From an uncultured archaeon (GTDB taxonomy: Archaea; Aenigmatarchaeota; Aenigmatarchaeia; CG10238-14; SCSR01): a DNA stretch of 64,000 nucleotides. The notes under the pieces were generated by a model. The model searched no databases, was not told the origin of the DNA, and saw nothing but the letters and a program-made list of their open reading frames with translations. Positions within the stretch are counted from its first letter, which is position 1, and every line of letters begins with the position of its first letter. The stretch lies in NCBI GenBank assembly GCA_964537835.1, contig CAZICS010000001.1:54275-118274 (forward strand). Direction: 5' to 3'. The position numbers were made by a program, and so were the translations under genes. This document shows positions 27,501 through 39,500 of the stretch, one piece after another.

Positions 27501-30500
27501 AGCAGTTTATGCAAATCATGCTATCTATAGGTTTCCATTCCTGCCCAACTACTCTATGCCATGCATAAACAGTAACATTCCTCCCAAACCTATCCCTTAC
27601 CCATACGCTAAAAGTAAAGTTCTCTCCCCATCCACCGCTTGAAGCTTCAACACCGTTTATGTACAAAGTTGTATTTTCTAGCAAAGGCGCATAAGTATAA
27701 ACTTTTGATTTAACGAACAATTCCTGAGTTTCGTTGAATACTTTGCCATAATTCCACCTGTATGCAAGTTTTGTTACAGAAACGTTAGCAAAAGGATTTG
27801 CTGTCGCGTCTGTATGACCAAATATTTTTATTTTTCTTGTCGCTAACTTAAACGAATCTTGAAGGTTTGGAATAATGCTCGCGTTTGCCCAAACGGTTTC
27901 TTCAGATGGTTCAAAAACATAATGTTGATGAATAGTTTGATATTCTCCGCTATCTTTAGCTATTTCTATACTCATTTCTCCTATTGTAACATTATATCCA
28001 GTGAAATGATGTAAGTGTTGAATGCCAAGCCATGTTAAACGTTCATAGGGCATGGAAGGATGCTGGAATGTGTGCATAACTTCAGTCGTGCAATTATGGT
28101 TAGAGCAGAGATATGAAACAGAATCTTCATAATAGCTTGAGCCAGTAGTGTTTTTAACCCCGAATGGTTCTAAAACTATCTTTCCTTCATAGCTACAATT
28201 CAAAGTAAAGTTGAGATACTCGCTTGATCTTGAGGGTAGCTCAGAAAGATTCCATTTAATTAATCTTTCAGTTTTGTTCCAATCGCCTGTAGTCCAAGTG
28301 ACATTACAATAACTAGGTATCGGTAGATAAATCGTCCAGTTAGTAGCGTTAACATCCCCTATGTTAGTAACTTTCAAGCTGAAGTTGTAGGTCATGTTTG
28401 GCTGGATGCTTCTAGGTTCCTCCCAGGGATAGGCCTCTCTCTGTTCTACTAGCAAGGAATATTCAAGATGGCTTTCGCTTGTATAGTTCGAAGTTTGAAG
28501 GTAGTGTCTCTTATACTCTTTTTGAATTCTTCCAGCATATTGGAGTTCCCAGTTCATATAACCTTCTGTGCTTGAAGAAGTTGGGGATTTCACTTGATAG
28601 CTTGCAACCCCATATTCGTTTACTCCTATATACCCAATAACCCAGGTTATAACATTATTCTCTAAGTCAACGCTTGCTGATACTAATTGAAGATTGCTTG
28701 ATAAAGTTGGGTTTGCTGGGGTCCACCCAGAGCTTATGTTCTCTTTCAGAGTTAGAAGCTCATTAGTAGCGGCACATCCTTTGTTGTGAATGATCAAAGC
28801 AGATTCAAAAACTTTATCTGGAGCTACATAGGTTGGAGTTTCCCTTATTATTTCTATAACTGGTTGAATAGCGTTTGATATGTTTATTTGCTTGATTTGG
28901 GTAAAGTTTAACTCTAAATCAGGATAGCTAGTGAATATACTAACATTGATACTAACATTTTCGATTGAAGATGAGGTGTTCAAGTTGAACTTGACGCTTA
29001 TTTCTTTTTCTCTATGATCATGGAAGTAGTAATAGCTTGGCTCATAACTCCATCCAGAAGGAACTTCTAAGCTAATGTTTATATCACTTTCTTCCTCTAG
29101 AGTTTTAATCACATCTACTATCACTTCTTCTGTCGTGTTTGGGCAAGTGTATTCGTTTACATAAACATAAGTCTTTGGTTTGAGGTAATCGAATTCTTCT
29201 ACTCGCTTATCTATCTCGCTTGTATTCAGTTTAAGTTCTGCTACCCAATAATAGACTTTTTCTTCAAACGTAGAAAGGTCGATATTGTAGAAGTAAGATT
29301 TGGTTATTCCGCTAGAAATTTCCAAAAATTGCTGAGTGCTTGAATAGAATACTTGCTCTCCATCTGTCAGATTTAAAGTTAAATTGCCTGAATAAGTTTC
29401 TGAGAATGGATTTGCTATTATAACAGTTAGATTAAACAAATTGCCATCTTCGCTAGACCATTGGATGTCAGAAATCTTCACCTTCCTTACAAAATATCTT
29501 TCTAAGGATATTTTGTCCACATACAAAGGTTTGTTACCTTCATTTTCTAAGAGAATTAAACACTTGCTCTCGCTACTCAACCCTATCTCATCGTTTAGAA
29601 AGTCAACTTTAGTTAGACTTAAATTCTCCCCAACTTCAAATTCTTCGAATCTTAACTTCCATTTGGTTCCATTCCAAATTTCTATTCTTGCTGTGGTACT
29701 ACCATTGGCTTCCCAGAATAATTTCAGTCTATTCAATCTTCCTATTCCACTAGTACAATTGAATTTAACCCGAAGCTTCTTCCCAGGCATCACCAAAACT
29801 TCTACCGTTGAATTATCTGCTGAAGTGCCTAGACTTACATCTTGGCTAGTAACTCTATCGGTTACATCAGTTTCATTACTTGCTTCGCTTACGTTTAACT
29901 CTTCATACTCATAGGCCTTTACTGTTGTTGAATTCCAATCTTCGTAATAGTTTATTGGTGGAATTTCATCGCTTGTATTGGCTGTTACGTTAAGCTTATA
30001 ATAAGGAGATTTTTGAGTTAAAGAAGTTACATTGATATCCCAATGAACTGGAACATATTTTGTCTCACCTAAGCCAACTTTTATCTTTCCAAGGTATTGG
30101 TTTTTGCTTGGATTGACATTCCAGTTTGGTGCAAGTAAGGTTACGTTTGTGCTTGTTGCATTTCTGTCTTTAATCCTTAAAGTAGCATTAAGGCCGAAAG
30201 GCTTGTACTGGAATACTTCCTGAGGAGCAAAAACTTGGGTAACATTAAATTCTGGGCAAGCGATATCAAGATAAACTGTATATTCGCTACTATAGCTTGA
30301 TTGATAGCAAGAGTCTGCATCGCTTACCTTAACCCTCCATTTTTGCCATCCTGGGTCATACTTACAGCTTCCATAGAATTGATAATTAAGGTAGCCAGAA
30401 GAATTCGTTTGAGCTTCGCTCGCTTCAGTGAGCCAAATGTTGGAGTTGTTTAAGGTAACTTCTACATTAACCTTTGCTGTTTCTGTTATCAATCCAGAAG

Positions 30501-33500
30501 AATCTGTATCGTTTAATGCTAGAATAAAAGTAGTTGGCTGCTCTTTTGTTACTGTATCACCATCTCCGCTTATTAGAGTGAAGCTAACATCATCTTTTTC
30601 TACAGTAAAACTATTATCATCGTTCACATAATCTCCTTCCGCAACGCTTGTTTCATAACTATTCCCTTCTGTATCCGTAGCATTGAACTTAAAGTACCAA
30701 ATGCCAATGTCAGAGCAAGAATAGCTTTCTGTCCAATAGACTATTGTCCCACTTGGATTCACTATTTGTTGTGGGGAACCAACTTGGTACCAAGGTCCTG
30801 TCAAGGAAGTTGATCTCCACAACCAAACTGTTACCGTATCTGAATCATCAGTTACATTTACAGTGAAGTTAAACGTTCTGCTCCATCCTTCGCTTCTCGG
30901 AGTTACGTTAGCTTGTTTAAGGGTTGGAATTACTTTAAGGTAGAAAGCATTTTCAAGTGTGTAACTATCGTTTATATGATAGCCTTTCTCTGCTACTATT
31001 GTAACATTATACCATCCTGCAGGTTTTCCTGAAGAATCCCAGGTGCAATTATAATATCCATTTCCTTCATCGTTCGCATACCCAGAAGAAGGACATCTCC
31101 ACCATCCGCTAGCATGAGTTAAGTTAAAGTATACGTTTGTTTGAGTAACATTTTTGAGGCAGTCATCTGTCAGGTTACCCCTTAGTCCAATTTGGTCTCC
31201 TCTTGTATAGTTAATGCTTCCGTCTGGTTGGGTAAGATAGACGCTTAGAGTTCCTATTACAGAAACTTTGAATTGCTCGCTAGTGTTATCGTACCATCCT
31301 TGGCTATTGGTTACGTTAACAACCCAGTCTTGCAAACCAGCTTCATAATTGCAACCCGGTTCAAATTGCAAGTAGTAATGAGTTGTGTTAACAGATTCTA
31401 ATTCTTCAATCCAACCAGAACCGTTCCAAATCCAGAAGTGCAGGTTTTCGGATGGGATAGAAGTTATATAACTCATTGCATCGAAGTCATAAACTCTAAC
31501 TGCTAATTCAACCCAGTTAGTGCCCTCTCTCATAACTTCTGAATTATTTCCTCCAGCAAGTTCTATTTTAATGCTATCCTTGGTTACTGTGTGGAACTGA
31601 ACAGAAGTTTCTGCTTGATTATCATGCTGGTCTGTAGCATTAAACTTGAAATACCAAGTTGTTATATTATCTTGAGTATACTCAACAGGAAAGATTACTT
31701 CCTGCTCTTGAACTGTATTGCTTACTTGAGTTTGATTAACGAGCACCCATTGCCAGCCTGTTTGAGAAGAGTTTAGCCAGAAGTAAACGGTTACCGTATC
31801 GTTATCTTCATCGCTCACGTTAACCTTGTAATAATAAGGTGAAGCTCCCCATCCACTCTTGCCAGTTGAGGAAATAACTGAAGGAGCTTCTAGGAGTGGA
31901 GTAGAGCTTAAGTAGAATTGAGTGGTATCAGATCCTGGATTGTAATAATTTTCTTCTGCATAGAATTTAACCTCATACCATCCAACTGGTTGAGAGCTAG
32001 AATCCCAAGTACAATTATACCATCCTAAACCTTCTTCTTGAGCAACACATTGGCTTACATTACCGCTTGCTAAATGGGTTAAATTAAAGTAAATAGTCGT
32101 TAATCCGGTAACATTCCTTGAGCAATCCTCAGTTACATTACCCCTCAATAAGATGGAATCTCCCTGAGTAAAGTTAGCTCCAATGGGTTGCTCTATCTTC
32201 GGAATCAAATCTGCATAAACCTTAACTGTTAAAGTAGCATATGGATAGCTTGAGTTATCCGTGTAATAAGGAGAATTGCTCACATTGACTCTCCATTTAT
32301 GCTCGCCAGCTGGATATTCGCAGCCTGGGTTGAAATCACGATAATAGTCTGTTGAATTAGCGGATTCTTCAGCTTCATTAGCTAGCCAATCACTTTCATT
32401 GTAGATGTAGAAAGTTATTTGATCTAAGGTTATGTTAGGTATTCCAGGTTGGGTTTCATTCAAAACATTCCTATCTAGCACCAAATCCCAAACTTTAGCG
32501 CTTAGCCTGATAAAACCAGAGCTTCTATTTACTGTAGAAGCATTATTACCAAAATTGCGAATTTCTATGGGTTCTTTAGTGATGTTGAAAGTATGCTGAA
32601 CTATCCAGCTTGATTCAGAATAAGTATTGTTAATATAACCGCTCAAAGAGCTTGCATTGAAGATAAATTTCCACTGACCTATGTTATTCCAAGTAAGGTT
32701 CTTCTCATGATAGAGTGAAGTTTTAGTCGGATAATTACCTTGCCATTGGTATGCTTGTACCCATCCATGAGTTTCATTCCATAACCAAAGATAAACAGTT
32801 GTGAAAGTATTATCAGGGTTGGTGACCTCTATAGTAAAGTTGAATGGAGACTTACCCCAAGGCTGATTTCCTTGAGGAAGTTTTAATGGATTATCCAATA
32901 AGATTTTGCTCCTCAAGAAGAAAACACTTTCATTGAAAGCATAACCATCCCAATATCCAGTTTTATTCGAGTAAATGCTAACATTGTACCAACCGTAAGG
33001 AAAGCTCGAGTTTGTTTGAATTTGACAAGTGCCTGTAATGTCAGCAGTGCAATTCTTCTCAAAATTGTCATGCCTTATGCTTATTATTATGGTCGAATCT
33101 ACTGTTCTATCATTACCACAATCGTCTGTTACTTTTGCTTTCAAGGTTATCATATCGCCACGAGTGAAGTTTTGACCTATTGGTTCAAGCAGCTCATTGT
33201 ACAAATCTCCTTTTAGGGTAAAGTTTAACACAGAAGTAACATTATCCTTAACGTAAGAATCTCCGCTAGTTCCACCATACCAGCTATGCAATCCTAAATA
33301 CCACTTATTTTCATCACTACACCAATAAACATTCTTATCAGCTCCTGTACCTCCACGCATAGTCCTGTTAATCCATCCATCGTTTGATGTTAGTAGAGGT
33401 GGGGAAGATTCATAGCTCCCATAAGTGAAAGCATCTAGCCATATCTTACCAAAGCTACCGGTTGGATAGGTTTTATTGTCTCTATCCCAAACTCTTACAG

Positions 33501-36500
33501 AAAATGTGGTAACCGCAGCAGACCTATTAACTATGGAATTGGGAGATGGTGTTATGTTATAAACGTTTACATCATCCTTCTCCACGCTATAATCCTTTCC
33601 ATCCAATTCAGAATTTCCGTCTGCATTACTTGCATTGAACTTGAAATGCCATGCTCCTATATCGCTTGGCAAGTAATCATAAGTAAAGTTATGCTCTTCC
33701 CATTGCAAGCAATCTATACAAGTCCAAGAATCGACTAAGCTATAAGTTCCTCCAGTCTTCTTATGCCATAGGTAAACAGTTACATTCCTCCCAAACCTAT
33801 CCCTTACTTTTACGCTAAAGTTAAACTCCTCTCCCCACCCTCCTACGCTTCTAGAAGAATCCCCATTTATATAAAGAGTAGCATTCTCAAGCAAAGGAGT
33901 ATAGGTATAAACTTTTACCTTAACAAACAACTCTTGACTTTCGTTAAACAACTTACCATAACTCCAAGTATAATTTATCTGGCTAATCGTAACATTTGCA
34001 AATTCAGACTGAATACCGTCAGCATATGCATGCAACTCCATTTTTCTTGCTTTTGAAACAAAGTTGATAGATGGATAATAAACGACGATAGCTTTGCCAT
34101 TGTAATTTGCTAGGCTATAGTTTTGCCAAGTATAAGCATAATTATCTGAATCGTCTAGCAAGTAAACGTAGCCTTCACCTATGGTTAAGTTTGATGAAGA
34201 GAAATTGTAGAGTATGGTTAGATTAATGTTTGAAATTTTTTCATAGGGCAAAGAAGGATCGTTAAATATATGCGTTACTTGGCTAGTGCAATCGCTTCCT
34301 GAGCAACTATAAGAAGTGCTATCGCTATAGGAGATTTCATTTCTTGTATCGTTTAATGCTTCTACTCTAAACAACTGTTTTCCAGTTTGAGAACAGTTCA
34401 AAGTAAAGTTCAAGTAAATGGAGCTCCTGCTTGCTAATCCAGAAATGTTCCATGCTATTGAATTTTTAGTAGCGTTTATTACGCCTCCATCATAAGCATT
34501 AATTATTTCGCAAGTCGATGGAATGAACAATTCGACGCTCCAATTACCGCTTGTTACATCCCCTATGTTAGTAACTTTCAAGCTGAAGTTGTAGGTCATG
34601 TTTGGCTGGATGCTTCTAGGTTCCTCCCAGGGATAGGTTTCTCTTTGAATGGCTATCAAATTAAACTCTAGATGAGATTCACCCGAATAATTTGCTGTAT
34701 AGAATTTATAGTTTTCAAATTCTCGTAATTGTTTATTACCATCATAAGTTAAGTTCCACCGAGCATAACCCTCTTCAGCGTTGCTAACAGGTGCTTTTAT
34801 CTGATAGGATAGAACAGCATATTTATTAATGCCAATACTTCCAAGTTGCCATGTTATTAGATTATTCTCTAGGTTGACGCTTGTTGAAACCAGCTGAATA
34901 TCTCCTTCTATTCCTGGGTTTGCCGGAGTCCACCCAGGCTTAATGTTTTCTTGTAAAGTCAAATTATTTACTGGAGCACATCCCTTGTTGTGAACTATTA
35001 GCTTGCTTTCAAAAACTTTGCTTGCTCCTATGTAGCGTGGAGTTTCTCTTATTACTTCAATAACTCCTTGGTTAGCATTAGTCAGGCTTATGTTTTGTTT
35101 TGTTGTAGCTTGCTTATGAGGTAATTGGTATACAATTGAAACATTTAGGTTAGCTGTTTCTTCTGAGCTAGAAGAGGTTAAATTAAATTTAGCTTCATAA
35201 GTTTTTTCTTCATCAGCATTTATTAAAATGTAGGCTGGAGAGTAACTCCATCCAGAAGGAACTTCTAAGCTAACATTATAAGTAACCTTATCTTGATAAG
35301 CATGAGGTATCAAAACTTTCAGGCTTTCGGTAGTTGAAGGACAAATGTATGGATTATATCTTGTCTCATAACTTACATTCTTCCTTACTATACTCTCTAT
35401 TAACTGGCTTGAATTTCCATCATAGAAAATATAAGCTTTTATGTAATAAGTTCCAGCAGACCAGCCACTAACATTTATGTTTTCGATAGCTTCGCTGGTT
35501 ATAGCTCCTTGTGCCAAAGAAACTGTTTTATGAGTGTAGTTTACCACATTGTTACTTTCATCTGTCAGATTAACCCAAAGGTCTGCGTTTATCGTCTGAG
35601 CCAGAGAATTGAAAATTTTTACAGTAACATTTAGGTAATTATCTGCTAAATCTAAACTATAAGTTTCACTTTCGCTTACAGAAGGAACTATATCAACAAC
35701 TTTTGCCTTTCTTTCAAGATACGCTTTCATGGTCGCAGAATTTATTTGCACCTCATTTTCTCCTAGGTTTTCTATTCTAAGCAAGCAATGTCCAGTTCCA
35801 TTCGGTGAAAGGAATTGTTTAATCAATCGAATATCCTCTGTCACATCCCCAGAAACTGGAAGATAGTTTACTATCTCAACAAATTGAGTTGAGTTATAAA
35901 TGTAAATTCTAACTTCACTTCCAGCACTTGAATTCATTCCCATTGTAAATGAAGTTAGTCTATAATCTGCAGCTAGGCAATTAAATGCTAAATCTTGATG
36001 CTCATCGGGCGAAACTGTTAAAGGTAATGAGCTGGATGGGCTTGCTTGATAGTATTCATAATTTTTAACAAAGAATGAAACAGAATCCTCTATTCCGAAT
36101 GAATTGTTAACTTTAATCGTTAGGTTAAATCTACCAGAAGTAGTTGCGTTTACAAGCCAGGTAACATCTTTTGTAGAACCTTGAGCAACACCTCCTAAGT
36201 ATTTAACTCTATTATCAACTTGCCATTCTGAGGGTGCAATCAATTCGGCATAGACTTCGCTCGAGTCTGCTACATAGCTTGTTATCGTTGCCTTGATAGT
36301 AAAGTTTTTGTATTGTAAGGTTTCGTTAGGATGATAATAAAATTCAATCGAAGGAGTTGCCTGACAGCCGGTTAAATCTAAAGTTATGGTGAAATTCTCG
36401 CTAATGTTGTAATTATAAGCAGGGTCATCGCTAGCTATATAAGCACGCCATTCTTGATTTCCATTAACATATTCACAAGTTGGTTGGAATTCTAAGGTTG

Positions 36501-39500
36501 CGTAGCCGGCAGAATCTGTGTAAGCATTTCCTATAACCTTTTTACCTTCAGGATAATTAGCATGCAATAATTCAAAGGTTACTTTTGCGCTTGGAGTTAA
36601 ATTATAAGTTTGTGCTATCAAGTCATAAACTTTAACAGATAGATTGACAGCTTGGCTTAAGCTTGCTAAAGAATTATTTCCTTGATCTCCGTATTCGATG
36701 CTTACATTATCTTTGGTTAAAGTAAAGCTGTCATAACCAGAGGTCGATTCTGTAGCTAACTCAAACTTAAAGAACCAAGTTCCTATATCCTGATAGGTGA
36801 AATTCTTGTACCAATAAATTTGTTTGTTCAGGCAATCAGGATATTTGCAAGTCACTGGAGTTTGATTAACACAATCGCTACATTCGGTAAAGCCTGTGGG
36901 CGAAGTTTTTGCTAGCAAGATCTTCACATCATTAGGATTAGTATCACCGCTTGATGCAATCACGCTGAAATTCCAATTCCTATATCCCCAGCCATGGGAA
37001 GTTGGAACAACCTGCGGATTTTCAAGCTTATAAATCGGATAAAGATAGAATAAACCATTTTCTCCATAATCAGCAGTTTGGTTTGGATAATGGTATTCCT
37101 TTTCTGCCATCATAGTTGTATTATACCAACCCATTGGTGTAGTTATGTTAGTCTCCCAGTCGCAAGTGAAAGCGTTTGAACCTACTTGCGAAACTGGTGT
37201 GCATTCAAAATCTTGAGTTGAATGATTTGCAAAATATCTTACATTCGCTGTTAACGCATCACCACAATCATCTGTAGTTGCACCCAAGAAGCTTATCACA
37301 TCCTCTTGCGTGTAATTAACGCTTCCATCAGGCTTAACAAAATCTAAGATTATATCTCCTTTTACAGTTAGATAGGTTGGGATGTAATCAGAAGAATCGT
37401 TCGAGAAATAGCAGTTAAGCATTGAATCATTAACAACAACTTTCCATTGCTGCTGACCAACTTGGAATTTGGGTGCACCTTCATAATCTCCGCTACAAGT
37501 AGGGTTAAAGTAAAGTTTTACATATCCATCTGAATCGGTCAAATTCTCAAAGTTTGAATCAGAATAATAAGTTGATCCATCGATAGTTACATAAAACTTG
37601 ACTGCAAAATTTGCCAGATAGCTTGAATTTTCATCTTTAACTCTAAATTCTAATAGGTCTACTTGATTTCCTCTTCTATTTGCGATCGAATTATTACCGT
37701 AAATGTATTCTAGGTAAACCTTTTCTTTAGTTATTTCAAACTGATGCTCTGCAGTTTCATTAACGTTTGAAGAATTATCTTCAATTCTAAACTTATACTT
37801 AGCAACTGGGGTTATATCTGAGCAGCTAAATCTTGCAGTAAAATCTATTCTTTTCCAATTTGAACAGGCTAAGCATTGAGTTTTATTGATTTCTTTCCAT
37901 CCAGATCCAGTGTCTACATACAAAGTAATGTTTAAATCATCGCCTTCTCCATCCATTACTTCAATTGAAAAGTTCCAAAGAGTTGCCCAGCCTGCTGAAG
38001 CACCTTCCGTTACTCCATTAACACTTTCATTCGCATGCTTTGGCGGCCAGTTTACGTTAACATAAACCGTGAAATTGTCAGAGCGGTTGTATGCATAGCA
38101 GCTTGAAAGTATAGTGTCTACATAGCCATACCATCTTCTAGTTCCTGTCGTGAAATCTTGGTCCGGAAGGAAGTAGAAGTAAACATGACCAGAAGAATTC
38201 GTTTTATTATTTCCCACATACTTTTCAGGACCCTCATAGCTTGTTGTTGTAACGTTAAACTTTATATAAAGGTCTTCGGTTATTTCTTCAGTTGGATAAT
38301 CTAGATCTTTTGCTTTTAAAATAAATTCTGCTGGTGTTAAAGGTGTTGCAGTAGTTTCATTTCCTGAAACATATTCAATAACTATACTATCTTTTGAAAT
38401 ACTGAACGCTTGAGGAGTAGTTTCTCTTGCATTCCCCTCCGTATCTGTAACATTAAACTTGAAGTTGCGCGAAGGATTAGCAAGATCTGAGCATGTATAA
38501 TTCTTTGTCCACCATAGAATTGTTCCATCACAATTTGTACATTGCTTTGGCTGACCTATTTGAACCCAATTTCCTGAGCCAGCTGGAACTTCTTCCCAAA
38601 GATAGACTGTATCCGTATCTCCCGCATTATCAGTAACATTTATAGTAAAGTTTCTCTCTATACCCCATCCACCAGATGAAGGTGTTACAGTTGGATTATT
38701 AAGAACTGGAGCAAACTTAAGATAGAATGCATTTTCCTTAAAGTCGTAACCATCCCAGTGTTTTGATTTATTAGAAGTCATGGTAACATTGTACCATCCT
38801 GTAGGTGCTCCAGAAGGTAAGGTTATTTCCTTGTAATAAGCCCCCTGTTCAGCTGAATAGAAAACTTGGGTTGAGTAAGTATAAGTGCCGTGGGTAAGAT
38901 TAAAGTAAACAGTAGCATCAGTTATAGTATTTCCACAATCATCGGTTACTGTTCCTTTTAATGGTATAGAGGAATCTTGGGTATAATTGGTTGAACCATC
39001 AGGAAGTAGGATTTGATTAGTTAAAGAACCCTTGAGGAAGAAATCCATCTCACTAGTTGCATTATCTTCCCAGCATACATCATCTTTAACTCCCATTTGC
39101 CACTTGTGGGTTCCTAAATAGTACTTGCTCGTATCACTACACCAGTCATAATGGCTAAATTCTTGCACAAAATATCCTGTAGAGTTAGTGGAAACAGGCC
39201 ATTGGCCAATTTGATTATAAGAATAAATGGACATGTTAAATTTACCGGTAGCTCCATCAGCAGGTTGGTTTAAAGTTGTGTCTTGGACATGAAGTATGAA
39301 TTGAGTTTTTGAAGCACTCCTGTTAATTGTTGCATCGGCATTGGGTGTAATCAGTGTTATAGCATCCTTATTTTTCTCTAAAGTAATTGTCATTATGGGA
39401 TAATCCTCTGGCTCAAAATTCCATGTCTGATTTCTCGTGCATCCACCTCCATTACAATCGGTTGAGTCATCTGTAGCATTAAAGAACCATTCCCATACAT

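Larger units (their letters stand above)
9660..39500 (-). repeat. Tandem array of about 26 protein-coding repeat modules of roughly 350-400 aa (about 1.1 kb each) in the giant ORF.
   Basis: Recurring motifs at a period of about 350-400 aa: GGWGE.[FW].F.V.V.D.D.D.V.V.LW; TCSDIG.W.FKFNATD..GN; [LT].EKDDV.I....GNNS.VNRS; YYF.P.C.Y..G.Q.WK.G..D.CYKD.NS..Y.L.I.G.L; G.V.DDCG...A.V.F.L.H; G.GYYNCTWDS..K..GWYNV. The divergence at DNA level indicates ancient repeats. Confidence 0.7.

Noticed and set aside
28352-34637. Whether the 82-bp identical repeat pair marks a mobile element, an IS terminus or a CRISPR-like repeat.
   Set aside because: Both copies are in-frame within the giant ORF and encode the same peptide (AYPWEEPRSIQPNMTYNFSLKVTNIGDV). 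They are embedded in collinear paralogous protein sequence, and no transposase or spacer structure is present. It is an intragenic duplication or gene conversion.
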